This document shows, piece after piece, positions 42,878 to 52,986 of a stretch of 63,648 nucleotides of DNA. Origin of the DNA: Candidatus Dormiibacterota bacterium (GTDB lineage: Bacteria; Chloroflexota; Dormibacteria; Aeolococcales; Aeolococcaceae); NCBI GenBank assembly GCA_003153125.1, contig PLWW01000083.1, forward strand, positions 60,676 to 124,323, written 5' to 3'. The position numbers and the translations under genes are program-made. The notes under the pieces were generated by a model. It saw nothing but the letters and a program-made list of their open reading frames with translations, was not told where the DNA came from and searched no databases. The number at the start of each line of letters is the position of its first letter. Within the stretch, counting starts at the first letter, position 1.

Positions 42878-44095
42878 ATGAACGTTATCTTCATCGAGCC
42901 GGCATTTCCCCTCAACCAGCGCGAGTTCATGCGCGGGCTCGCCGCGGCCGGCGCCACCGTGATCGGCATCGGGGAGCGGCCGCTTGACCACCTCGACCCC
43001 GAACTGCAGGGCTGGATGCTCCATTACCAGCAGGTCGGCAACGTCACGGATGTCGGCGCGGTCACAGACGTGGTGCGCTGGGTGCAGGAACGCCTCTGGG
43101 TCGACCGCCTCGAGGCGGCGGTGGAGGCGCACACCATGGCGGCCGCCCAGGTCCGCGAGAACTGCACCATCCCGGGCACGTCGGTGCGCACCGCCTGGTT
43201 GTGCCGCGACAAGCCGTCGATGAAGGAGGTGCTGCGCGGGGCGGGCGTGCCCACCGCCGCGTCCACGGCGGCTCACTCGGCAGCCGAGGTCCGTGATTTC
43301 GCGGCACGGGTCGGCTACCCGCTCATCGTCAAGCCGCGTGCCGGCGCCGGCGCCTCGGGAACTGTCCGCGTCGAGAGCGCGGCCGAGCTCGACGGTGCCC
43401 TGGCGGGTTTCGGCTCGGCGGAGTCGATTGCCGTCGAGGAGTTCGTCGAGGGCCACGAGGCCTTCTACGACACGCTGTCGATCAACGGCGAGCCCGTCTA
43501 CGACTTCGTCACGCACTACTACCCCAACGTGCTCGACGCGATGCGCACGCGCTGGATCAGCCCGCAGTTCGTGGCCACCAACCGCGTCGACACCGTCGCC
43601 GACTACGCCGAGGTGCGCGAGATGGGGCGGCGCGTCACCGAGGCCCTGGGGATCAGCACGTCGGCGACGCACATGGAGTGGTTCTTCGGTCCGCGGGGCC
43701 TGCGCTTCAGTGAGATCGGTTGCCGCCCGCCCGGGGTTCGCGCCTGGGACCTCTACGCGGCCGGCAACGACATCGACATCTATCGCGAATGGGCCAACGC
43801 CGTCCTGCATGGGCGCGTCGATCGCCCCCTGTCGCGACGTCGCGCCGCCGGCCTGGTCGCGCTCCGCCCCGACCGGGACGGGCAGATCACCCACTACGAC
43901 GGCGTCGACGAGGTGCAGCACCGATTCGGCGAGCACATCCTCGATGTGCACCTCCCCGAGCCCGGAACGCCCACCCAGCCGGTGGAGGCCGGGTACATGG
44001 CCAACGCCTGGGTCCGCCTCGTCCACCCCGACTACGACACGCTGCGGGCCATGCTCGACTCGGTCGGGCAGATCCTCAAAGTCCACGCCTCGTGA
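42878..44095 (+). CDS. ATP-grasp ligase, paralog 3
   Basis: CRDKPSMKEVL, PLIVKPRAGAGA, THMEWF, SEIGCRPPG. TAGGAT lies 9 nt upstream of the ATG (leaderless-type). Confidence 0.85.
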   Translation: MNVIFIEPAFPLNQREFMRGLAAAGATVIGIGERPLDHLDPELQGWMLHYQQVGNVTDVGAVTDVVRWVQERLWVDRLEAAVEAHTMAAAQVRENCTIPGTSVRTAWLCRDKPSMKEVLRGAGVPTAASTAAHSAAEVRDFAARVGYPLIVKPRAGAGASGTVRVESAAELDGALAGFGSAESIAVEEFVEGHEAFYDTLSINGEPVYDFVTHYYPNVLDAMRTRWISPQFVATNRVDTVADYAEVREMGRRVTEALGISTSATHMEWFFGPRGLRFSEIGCRPPGVRAWDLYAAGNDIDIYREWANAVLHGRVDRPLSRRRAAGLVALRPDRDGQITHYDGVDEVQHRFGEHILDVHLPEPGTPTQPVEAGYMANAWVRLVHPDYDTLRAMLDSVGQILKVHAS

Positions 44096-45021
44096 GCGTT
44101 GCCGTCCTGCTCGGGCCGGCCGGCCCCGAGACGGTTGCGGGCGAGTTCGGCCGCCTCGGCGTCGACGGCCCGATCGCCCTGGTCACGGCGGGCTGGGAGG
44201 AGCGTGAGCGCAACGACGCCGAGCTCGACCGCGCGGTCGGGGGGGGCACACGCAACCTCGGGCTCTTCGGCAGACGCCTCGACATCCTCGAGAGTGACCC
44301 GGAGTACGCCGAAGAGATGCGCCGCGTGCGCACCCTGCTCACCTCGCTCCGCGAGGTGTACCTCGTGCAGTTGCGCCACGCGCTGCTTGGCATCGAGGCT
44401 GTGCGTCAGCACGATGCCGGGGCGCGGCGCCTGTCCGGCGTTCAACTCGACGAGGCGATCGAGACCGTCCGTGCCCTCGACGAGCGCCATGCCGCCCGTC
44501 TCGAGGCGGTGCTCGGTGAGTTCTACGCGCTCTACCCACCGCACGAGCGTCCCGCGATCGCCTCTCACCGCGACGCCGTGGCCTCGATCGTCGCGCAGTG
44601 CTCCGCGGTGGCCATCGCCGGCGGCCACGTCGGTGTTCTCACGGACTGCCTGCACGTATGCAACCTCGGCGCCGCCCTGGCCGACGTGCCCGTGGTGGCG
44701 TGGTCGTCGGGCGCGATGGCGATCGCCGAGCGGGTCATGATCGTCGACGATCACGACCTCGGCGGCGTCCCCGATGAGGTGTATGGCGCCGGGATCGGCC
44801 TGGCCCGCGGCGTGGTGCCGCTGCCGGCCTCGGCGAGCCGGCTGCGCATCGATGACCGCAACCATCTCGCCCTCCTCGCCCGGCGGCTGGCGCCGCGCGT
44901 CTGCGTGCTGCTCGACGAGGGCGACCGCATCGCCGTCGTCGACGGTGGCCCCGCGGACTTCAGAAACGCACGCGTGGTCGGGCCGGACGGCATGGTGCGG
45001 TCGGCAGCGACCGCGGCGTGA
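44092..45021 (+). CDS. Peptidase S51 (cyanophycinase/PepE)-like protein with long helical insert (tentative)
   Basis: PIALVTAG, AVAIAGGHVGVL, VVAWSSGAMAIA (GxSAGA-like) and GIGLARGVVPLPA. GTGA overlap with the upstream ligase. Confidence 0.5.
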   Translation: MSVAVLLGPAGPETVAGEFGRLGVDGPIALVTAGWEERERNDAELDRAVGGGTRNLGLFGRRLDILESDPEYAEEMRRVRTLLTSLREVYLVQLRHALLGIEAVRQHDAGARRLSGVQLDEAIETVRALDERHAARLEAVLGEFYALYPPHERPAIASHRDAVASIVAQCSAVAIAGGHVGVLTDCLHVCNLGAALADVPVVAWSSGAMAIAERVMIVDDHDLGGVPDEVYGAGIGLARGVVPLPASASRLRIDDRNHLALLARRLAPRVCVLLDEGDRIAVVDGGPADFRNARVVGPDGMVRSAATAA

Positions 45022-46181
45022 CCGCCACCTCGCCGAACGCGCCCCGGCGTCGCGCGCTCACCAAGCTGCGCGCCGACGGGGTGCGGGTCGCAGCCATCGA
45101 CCAGCTCCTCGCTGAGAACCGCGTCCCGCTCATCGAAGGGGTCGCCTGCACCTTCCTCTTCCGCGGCCGCGCTGATGGGGTCGCCGTGGAGCACGCCATC
45201 AGCGGCCTCCCCGCGCCGCTGCCGCTGAAGCGACTGCGGCGCAGCGACCTCTGGTACGCCTCCATCGAGCTGCCTCCGGGCTCTCGCGTCGAGTACCGGC
45301 TCCTGGTCCGCCACGGCGACCGGGTCGACAACATCCTCGACCCGCTCAACCCCGAGTCGGTCACCGGTCCGGCGAGCACGATGTCCGTTCTGCGCGCCGA
45401 GGGCTACACGACACCGTCGTGGGCGCTGCCCGACCCCGCGGTGGTGACCGGCGAGCTCACCGAACTCCGTTTCCACAGCAAGGCTCTGCGCCGCGAGGCT
45501 CACGTGACGCTGTACTCACCGGCGCGGATGCGCCGCGAGGATCGCCTCCCCCTGCTCGTGGTGCACGACGGTGGTGACTACCTCAAGCACGCGTCGTTCG
45601 GGACGGTTCTCGACAACCTCATGGACCAGCGCACAATGTCCGGCTGCGTGGTTGCGTTCACCCATCCCGGCGAGAGGCTGCGTGAGTACGGCGCCAGTGC
45701 CGCGCACAGCCGCTTCCTCACCGCCGAGCTCGTGCCTCTCCTCGAGGAGCGGCTTCCCCTGCGCGCGGAGCCGGCCGGCCGGGTCCTCGCCGGGGCGAGC
45801 TTCGGGGCCATCGCGGCACTGTCGGCGGCATGGCGAGCGCCGGGTTTCTACGGCGGCCTGCTGTTGCAGTCGGCTTCGTTCCTCTACACCGTGGTGGGCC
45901 GCGAGCACCAGGGCGGCCCCGCGTTCGACCCCGTGGTGCGCTTCGTCAACGCCATCCGCGCGCAGCCGCAATTGACGGTGGAACAGATCTTTCTCAGCTA
46001 CGGCGCGTTCGAGCCGTCGGCCCAGCGCAACCTCGCCATGGTCGACGTGCTCCGTCGGATGGCGTCGGAGGTCAAAGTGGTGGAATCCCTCGACGGTCAC
46101 ACATGGACGGGGTGGCGCGACCATCTCCGTGACGGCCTCAGCTGGCTGTTCCCGGGCGAGAAGCGCTTGCTCTACCCCTGA
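45018..46181 (+). CDS. Esterase (enterochelin-esterase-like, N-terminal Ig-like domain plus alpha/beta hydrolase)
   Basis: SDLWYASIELPPGSRVEYRLLV, PLLVVHDGGDYL, GASFG (GxSxG). GTGA overlap with the upstream gene. Confidence 0.75.
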   Translation: MTATSPNAPRRRALTKLRADGVRVAAIDQLLAENRVPLIEGVACTFLFRGRADGVAVEHAISGLPAPLPLKRLRRSDLWYASIELPPGSRVEYRLLVRHGDRVDNILDPLNPESVTGPASTMSVLRAEGYTTPSWALPDPAVVTGELTELRFHSKALRREAHVTLYSPARMRREDRLPLLVVHDGGDYLKHASFGTVLDNLMDQRTMSGCVVAFTHPGERLREYGASAAHSRFLTAELVPLLEERLPLRAEPAGRVLAGASFGAIAALSAAWRAPGFYGGLLLQSASFLYTVVGREHQGGPAFDPVVRFVNAIRAQPQLTVEQIFLSYGAFEPSAQRNLAMVDVLRRMASEVKVVESLDGHTWTGWRDHLRDGLSWLFPGEKRLLYP

Positions 46182-46200
46182 TGCGCCAGACTCCGCCCTC

Positions 46201-46926
46201 ATGAAAATGCGCGATCGCTGGTATTCGTCGCGGCTCGAGAGCGACGTGACCGTGGTGCGGTGGGGCCATTTCGGGCGCCCGGTGATCGTGTTTCCGACCG
46301 CCGGCGGCGACGCCGAGGAGGTCGAGCGCATGCTGCTCATCGACGCACTCGCCGAACTCATCGAGGCGGGGCGTATCAAGGTGTACTCCTGCGACAGCAT
46401 CGCCGGCTACGCGATGGTCCGCGGTGACGGCGACGCACGCTATCGAGCCGCCCTGCTCAACGGGTTCCACGAGTTCGTCCGTGAGGAGATGATTCCCGCC
46501 ATCTGGGCCGATTGCCGGACACCGGGCGCCGACGTGGTGGTCAGCGGGGCGTCAATCGGTGCCTTCAACGCAATTGCGGTGCTCTGCCGGTACCCCGAGG
46601 TCGTCAGCCACGCCATCGCCATGAGCGGGACCTTCGACGTCGCCTCCTTCATCGGCCCCGACGCCGGAGAGGCGTTGTATTTCGCGACCCCGCTGTACTT
46701 CCTGCCCGGCCTGCAGGGCCAGGCCCTTCAGCGCCTGCAGCACCGCTTCGCCGTCCTCGCGTCCGGAGAGGGGCGGTGGGAGAACATCGAGAACTCCTGG
46801 CGCCTCGCTGAGGTGATGGGGCAGAAGGGCATTCCCAACCGCGTCGACCCCTGGGGGCCGGAATACGACCACGACTGGCCGACGTGGCGGGCGATGCTGC
46901 CCCACTACCTGAGCCAGATGTCATGA
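46201..46926 (+). CDS. Esterase-family alpha/beta hydrolase
   Basis: RPVIVFPTAGGDAEE and VSGASIGAFNA (GxSxG). ATG 46201; the ORF track start is 46129. Confidence 0.7.
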   Translation: MKMRDRWYSSRLESDVTVVRWGHFGRPVIVFPTAGGDAEEVERMLLIDALAELIEAGRIKVYSCDSIAGYAMVRGDGDARYRAALLNGFHEFVREEMIPAIWADCRTPGADVVVSGASIGAFNAIAVLCRYPEVVSHAIAMSGTFDVASFIGPDAGEALYFATPLYFLPGLQGQALQRLQHRFAVLASGEGRWENIENSWRLAEVMGQKGIPNRVDPWGPEYDHDWPTWRAMLPHYLSQMS

Positions 46927-47801
46927 GCGACGTGACCGACCACCCACTGCGCGAGATCCGCCTCGCCGTCATCGGCACCGGTGTGATGGGCGAGGCGATG
47001 ATGGCCGGGCTGGTGGATCGCCGGCTCGTCGACGCCGCGCGCGTGGTCTGCAGCCACCCCCGCGCCGAGCGCCGCGACGCGCTCGTTGCCGCGCACGGTG
47101 TCGGTGTCACCGCCGACAACGCGGCGGCAGCGAGCACGGCCGACATCGTGCTGCTGGCCGTCAAGCCGCAGATGCTCGCGCCCGTCCTGGCAGAGCTGCG
47201 CGGCACCTTGCGCGAGGATCAGCTGGTGGTCAGCGTCATCGCCGGCGCGAGCACACATGCGCTGGCGACGAACCTGCAGCACCCCGCCGTGGTGCGCACC
47301 ATGCCCAACACGCCCGCGCAGATCGGCCAGGGCGTGACCGTGTGGTTCGCCACCGACAGCGTCGACGAGCGCGGCCGCGCCCGCGTCCGGGCCATGCTCA
47401 GCGCCCTGGGGCGGGAGTTCGAGGTTCACGACGAGCGCCAGGTGGCCATGGCCACGGCGGTCAGCGGCACCGGCCCCACCTACGTCTTCCTGTTCATCGA
47501 AGCGTTGACCGACGCCGCCGTCCATCTCGGCTTCCCCCGCCACGTCGCACGCGAGCTCGTCCTCGACACGATGTCCGGGTCGGCGGAGTTCGCGCTGCGA
47601 AGCGGCCGTCACGTCGCCGAGCTCCGCGACATGGTCACCTCCCCGGGGGGGACCTCCGCCGAGGCGTTGTACGAACTGGAGAAGGGACGCCTGCGCACCG
47701 TCGTCAGCGACGCGGTCTGGGCGGCCTTCGAAAGAACCCTGCAGCTGGAGGCGCGGCTGGAAGGAACCGACACCGAGAAGGACCAGCGCCGGCGCCGCTG
47801 A
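46923..47801 (+). CDS. proC: Pyrroline-5-carboxylate reductase
   Basis: IRLAVIGTGVMGEAM, VLLAVKPQ, RTMPNTPAQIGQG, TSPGGTSAEAL. ATGA overlap with the esterase stop. Confidence 0.9.
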   Translation: MSDVTDHPLREIRLAVIGTGVMGEAMMAGLVDRRLVDAARVVCSHPRAERRDALVAAHGVGVTADNAAAASTADIVLLAVKPQMLAPVLAELRGTLREDQLVVSVIAGASTHALATNLQHPAVVRTMPNTPAQIGQGVTVWFATDSVDERGRARVRAMLSALGREFEVHDERQVAMATAVSGTGPTYVFLFIEALTDAAVHLGFPRHVARELVLDTMSGSAEFALRSGRHVAELRDMVTSPGGTSAEALYELEKGRLRTVVSDAVWAAFERTLQLEARLEGTDTEKDQRRRR

Positions 47802-47856
47802 CCCCGGTCATTCGCGGCCTCCCAGCACGCTCGCGCGCCAAGTACCCTTTGCGCCC

Positions 47857-48288
47857 ATGAACTGCGCTTCCTGCGGGTCGGTGCATCGGGAAGGACGGCG
47901 ATTCTGCGGCAAGTGCGGGGCTCCCCTGGCCAAGGTGTGCGCGGCCTGCAACGCCGTCAACGACAACGACGAGAGCTTCTGCGGCCAGTGCGGCGCCGCC
48001 GCCCGTTTGGCCATCGCCCGTGGGCGCCACCTCGAGGTCGCGGCTCTGCTCCGCGACGCGGTCGACCTCTTCGAGTCCATGAAGATGCCCTTCTGGGTCG
48101 CAGTGACGCGCCTCGAGCACGCCGAGGGGCTCATCACGCAGGGCCGCTCGGCGGACGCCGACGACCTCCTTGCGCTCGCGTCCGCGACGTTTGCCGAGCT
48201 CCACGCGGTGCCCTGGCATCGGCGCGCCACCCAGGCCGCGCACGACGGGCCCGCCGCCAAGGAGGCCGCCACCGCGTTGCCTGCGTGA
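47857..48288 (+). CDS. Double zinc-ribbon protein with short TPR-like C-terminus
   Basis: CASCGS...CGKCG...CAACN...CGQCG, followed by about 95 aa that look helical. Confidence 0.6.
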   Translation: MNCASCGSVHREGRRFCGKCGAPLAKVCAACNAVNDNDESFCGQCGAAARLAIARGRHLEVAALLRDAVDLFESMKMPFWVAVTRLEHAEGLITQGRSADADDLLALASATFAELHAVPWHRRATQAAHDGPAAKEAATALPA

Positions 48289-50063
48289 CGGCCACGACGG
48301 CCGCGGTGGAGGGACAACCCGAGAAGCGGGCCAAGGTCGGCTATCGCTCGCTCTTCGGGATCCGCGACTACAGGTTGTTGTTCGCCGGTCTGGTGACCTC
48401 GCAGAGCGGGTCCTGGGCATACAACGTCGCCCTCGTCGTCTACGTGTTCAACGCCACGCACTCGCCCGCCTGGGTCGCGGCCGCGTCGATGGCGCGCTTC
48501 CTCTCCGCGCTGCTGTCGAGCGCGTTCGGCGGTGTGATCGCCGACCGTGTGGAGCGGGTCCGGCTCATGGTGACGCTCGACACCATCGCGATGGTCGTGC
48601 AGGCTGGGCTGGCCGCCGCCGCCGCGCTGAATACGCCCGCGCTGCTCATCATCGTGCTGGCGACCCTGACCTCGGTCACCACCGCCTCATACGACCCGAC
48701 AGCTCGGGCCACGATCCCCGCCGTCGTCGGTGAGGAGCACCTCGCGGCGGCCAACAGCGTCCAAGCCGCGGTCGAGAACCTGACCATCATCATCGGTCCG
48801 GCGATCGGTGGGCTGCTCCTGCTGGTCGGGCCCGCGCCGCTCGTGTTCGCCATCAACGCGGCCACGTTCGGGTTCTCGGCGCTCGTGGTCGGCCGGGTTC
48901 GGGCGCGGAGCGTGCCCGGGGACGCCACCGAGGGCGGGACGTTGGGCCCCATCCAGCAGATGGGGGTGGGGATCAAGGCGTTCTTCAGCTCGTCGACGGT
49001 GGTGGTGCTGGCCGGGTTCAGCATCGTCGCCAGCTTCCTGTACGGGACCGACACGGTGCTGTTCGTGGTGCTGAGCAAGCAGCAGCTGGGCACCGGCAGC
49101 GAGGGCTACGGGTACCTCCTCGCCGCGCTCGGCGTGGGCGGCCTGGTGATGGCCCCCTTCATGAACCGGATCTCAGCGATGCGCCGCCTGGGGACGATCA
49201 TCGTGGCCGCCCTCACCGTCTACGGACTTCCCACCGCGCTCCTCGCCGTGGTCCATTCGCCGGTGCTCGCATTCGCGCTCGAGGCCGTGCGAGGCGGGGG
49301 CACCCTGGTCGTCGACGTGCTCGCCATCACCGCCCTGCAGCGCGCCGTGTCGCCCGACGTCGTCGCCCGGGTCTTCGGCGTGTTCTTCGCGCTTGTGCTC
49401 TCCGCGATCGCGCTCGGGGCGCTGCTCATGCCGATCCTGCTGGGCGCCTTCGGGCTCACCAGCACGCTGCTCATCGTCGGCTTCTCGATCCCGGCGCTGA
49501 GCCTGCTGTCCTATCCCAAGGTGCGCCAGGTCGACCGCCAGGCGGTGGGCCAGCTCGCCGCCATCGAACCTCGCATCGCCATCATGCAGCGCCTCGACAT
49601 CCTCGGCGGCGCCAGCCGGGCGACCCTGGAGCGCCTCGCCCTGTCGGCGGGTGAGGAGACGGTGCCGGCTCGCCAGGTGATCATCCAGGAGGGCGACGAG
49701 GCGGACGACTTCTTCGTGCTCGTCGGCGGCGAGGCAGAGGTCATCGCGGCGGGGGAGGCGGGTGTGGCGCAGATGCTGGGCACGCTGACGCCGCCCAACT
49801 ATTTCGGAGAGATCGGGCTGTTGGCGCGCCGCCCCCGGACGGCGACGGTGCGGGCCGTCACCGAGTGCAGCCTGTACCGCATCAGGGGCGACGAGTTCGT
49901 CGACGCGCTCACTGCCGCGTCGCTCTCGGCGGCGACCCTCGGGGGCGCGCAGCGGCGCCTCGCGCGCACCCACCCGTCGCTGTCGATCGACCTCGCACGC
50001 CAAGTGCAGGCGACGGAGCCCCGCGAGGCGCCGCCCACCGGGGGGCCGCCGCAAGAAGGCTAG
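48285..50063 (+). CDS. MFS transporter fused to a C-terminal cyclic-nucleotide-binding domain
   Basis: About 12 TM segments (DRVERVRLM motif region), then ...FFVLVGGEAEV...FGEIGLLARRPRTATVRA. GTGA overlap with the upstream gene. Confidence 0.85.
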   Translation: MTATTAAVEGQPEKRAKVGYRSLFGIRDYRLLFAGLVTSQSGSWAYNVALVVYVFNATHSPAWVAAASMARFLSALLSSAFGGVIADRVERVRLMVTLDTIAMVVQAGLAAAAALNTPALLIIVLATLTSVTTASYDPTARATIPAVVGEEHLAAANSVQAAVENLTIIIGPAIGGLLLLVGPAPLVFAINAATFGFSALVVGRVRARSVPGDATEGGTLGPIQQMGVGIKAFFSSSTVVVLAGFSIVASFLYGTDTVLFVVLSKQQLGTGSEGYGYLLAALGVGGLVMAPFMNRISAMRRLGTIIVAALTVYGLPTALLAVVHSPVLAFALEAVRGGGTLVVDVLAITALQRAVSPDVVARVFGVFFALVLSAIALGALLMPILLGAFGLTSTLLIVGFSIPALSLLSYPKVRQVDRQAVGQLAAIEPRIAIMQRLDILGGASRATLERLALSAGEETVPARQVIIQEGDEADDFFVLVGGEAEVIAAGEAGVAQMLGTLTPPNYFGEIGLLARRPRTATVRAVTECSLYRIRGDEFVDALTAASLSAATLGGAQRRLARTHPSLSIDLARQVQATEPREAPPTGGPPQEG

Positions 50064-50076
50064 TCAGCGGCGGCGA

Positions 50077-50927
50077 TCACAGCTCGCGGCGGCGAAAGGC
50101 CACGATGGTGAGCGCGACCACGGCCGCCACCCAGAGGAGCGCCCAGGCCAGGTACGCACCGGTGGGCGCGCTCAACGAGGTGAAGGGGTTGGCCGCCGCC
50201 TCGCGGCTGCCGGAGGCCGCCGCCACCACCGTGGCGGGCTCGAGGTTGTAGATGGCGCCGCGCCACAGTCCGTCCGAGGGCAGGAGCATCCGGCTGATCG
50301 TCCCGGTCGCCTCGATGGGCCCGTTGTGCAGGACGGTTCCGACCGCGCCGGCGACCCCCGCGATCCAGGTGATGAAGAAGAGCATGAGCGCGATGACGCC
50401 GGCGGTGATTCCCGAGAGGCGCACGCTCAGGCCGAGCGTCAGGGTGAGCAGCACAAGGCCCTCGGCGGCGACGAAGGCCGCTGCCGCGGCCGGGTTGGGG
50501 GGGAGGTAGCCCGTCGCCCAGTGCACCACCACGAACTCGACGGAGGTGGCGACGGCGGCGTACACGACGATCAGTGAGCCGAGGCCGAGCCATTTGCCCA
50601 GGATCACCTGGAAGCGCTCGATCGGGCGCGCCAGGACGGCCAGCGCCTGCCCGGACTCGACCTCGGCCGACACCGACTGCGCCGCCACCATGACGGCGCC
50701 GAGGCCGAGGACCGCGCTGAACATGAAGAGCACGAAGATGAGCAGCTGGGAGGAGATCAGGGTCACGTCAGCGGGCGAGAGCGGGACTCCCCGGTCGTGG
50801 AGCCCGGGGAGACGGCTGAACCCCCACCCGGTCAGCGCGATAGCCGCGCCACTAAGCACGCCGAGGGCGAGCACCAGGCGGCGCCGGCTCACCTCGCGCA
50901 CGGTCATCAGGGCGATGGTCACCACGC

Positions 50928-50931
<4 letters not shown>
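50077..50931 (-). CDS. ABC-2-type transporter permease
   Basis: Six hydrophobic segments. GTG 50931 overlaps the ATPase stop (GTGA); the ORF track start is 51249. Confidence 0.75.
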
Positions 50932-51888
<957 letters not shown>

Positions 51889-51908
<20 letters not shown>

Positions 51909-52986
51909 TGTCGAGCACCTCGTTCTGGGACAACAGGCCGCCGACAGCGTAGACGACCCCGTTCTTCTCCCAGATCACGGCGCTGCCGAGGCCGGTCGAG
52001 TCACCCGTCACGACCCCCTGCACACCGTCGATGGAGATGGTCTGGGAGGTCATCAGGCCGGCGATCACCGGGATCGGCAGCGTGCTGGAGGCGTTGCCGA
52101 TGGCGCGGATCTCGGCGGCCAACTGCGGGGAGACACCGGGCTGGGCGACGAGGAAGTCCTCGAGCTGCTGCAGGGTGGCGCCATTGGTCGAGGCGGCGGG
52201 TCGCACGCTCTCCGCGATCACCAGCGTCGGCGTCGCCGTCAGCGGGTCGCTCGACGCGGCGCTCGAGCCGCCATAGAGCGTGACCATCGCCGGCCCGGCG
52301 GTGACGGTCACCGTGGTGCCGTTCATCCCGGCCGGGATGTCGGGCGCGGCCCTGCCGGCGCGTGCCGCGGCCGCGTCGGCGGTGGCGGTGTCGAAGGTGA
52401 ACGTGGCGCTGCCGTTGCCGATCACCTCCCAGCGCACGGCGGTGGGCACGTCGGCGGGCAGCACGGGGCGCAGGGCGTTCAGGCCGGTGGCCGCCGCCGC
52501 CTGGGCGGCGTCGGCGACCTCGCGCGGCTCCACGTTGCTGAGGTGCATGTGGCCGTACCCGGAGAGATCGGGCAGGCCGCTCAGGTCGCCGACGGTGAGC
52601 GCCACGGGGGCCACCTGGGTGGGGGAGAAGGTCGACAGCCAACCCGCCGCGTTGGCCGACACCACGAGGCCGGCCGCAACCACGGGCACGACCACAGCTC
52701 CGATCGCCCAGCGGCGCACGGCCACCCGCGGAGGCGTGGTCAGGGCGCGCCCGGCCTGCGCACCCGCGGCGATGCGCCGGCGCAGGCGCCCCAGGGCCGC
52801 ATCGGCGGACGCTGTCTCCGCCTCGGGGCGGGCCAGGAGCGCTGCCGCGAAGGTCGCGTCGGCGGCGACGCCTCGTGCCCGCTGCCGGCAACGGTCGCAC
52901 CGGTCGAGGTGTTCGCGCTCGCGGTTGGATCCCGCGAACCTGTCATCGTGGACGCGCCGCAGCGCTCCGTCACTGAGATGCCGCAC
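51889..52986 (-). CDS. Anti-sigma factor (zinc-finger N-terminus, one TM, extracytoplasmic domain)
   Basis: HLDRCDRCRQR, TM segment WAIGAVVVPVVAAGLVV. GTG 52986 lies 6 nt after AAGGAGG and overlaps the sigma gene by 17 nt. Confidence 0.7.

Noticed and set aside
42816-42878. TTG 42878 as the start of ATP-grasp paralog 2
   Set aside because: It would share a nucleotide with the divergent paralog 3 ATG and leave no promoter space. The extra 21 residues do not align with the paralog N-termini.
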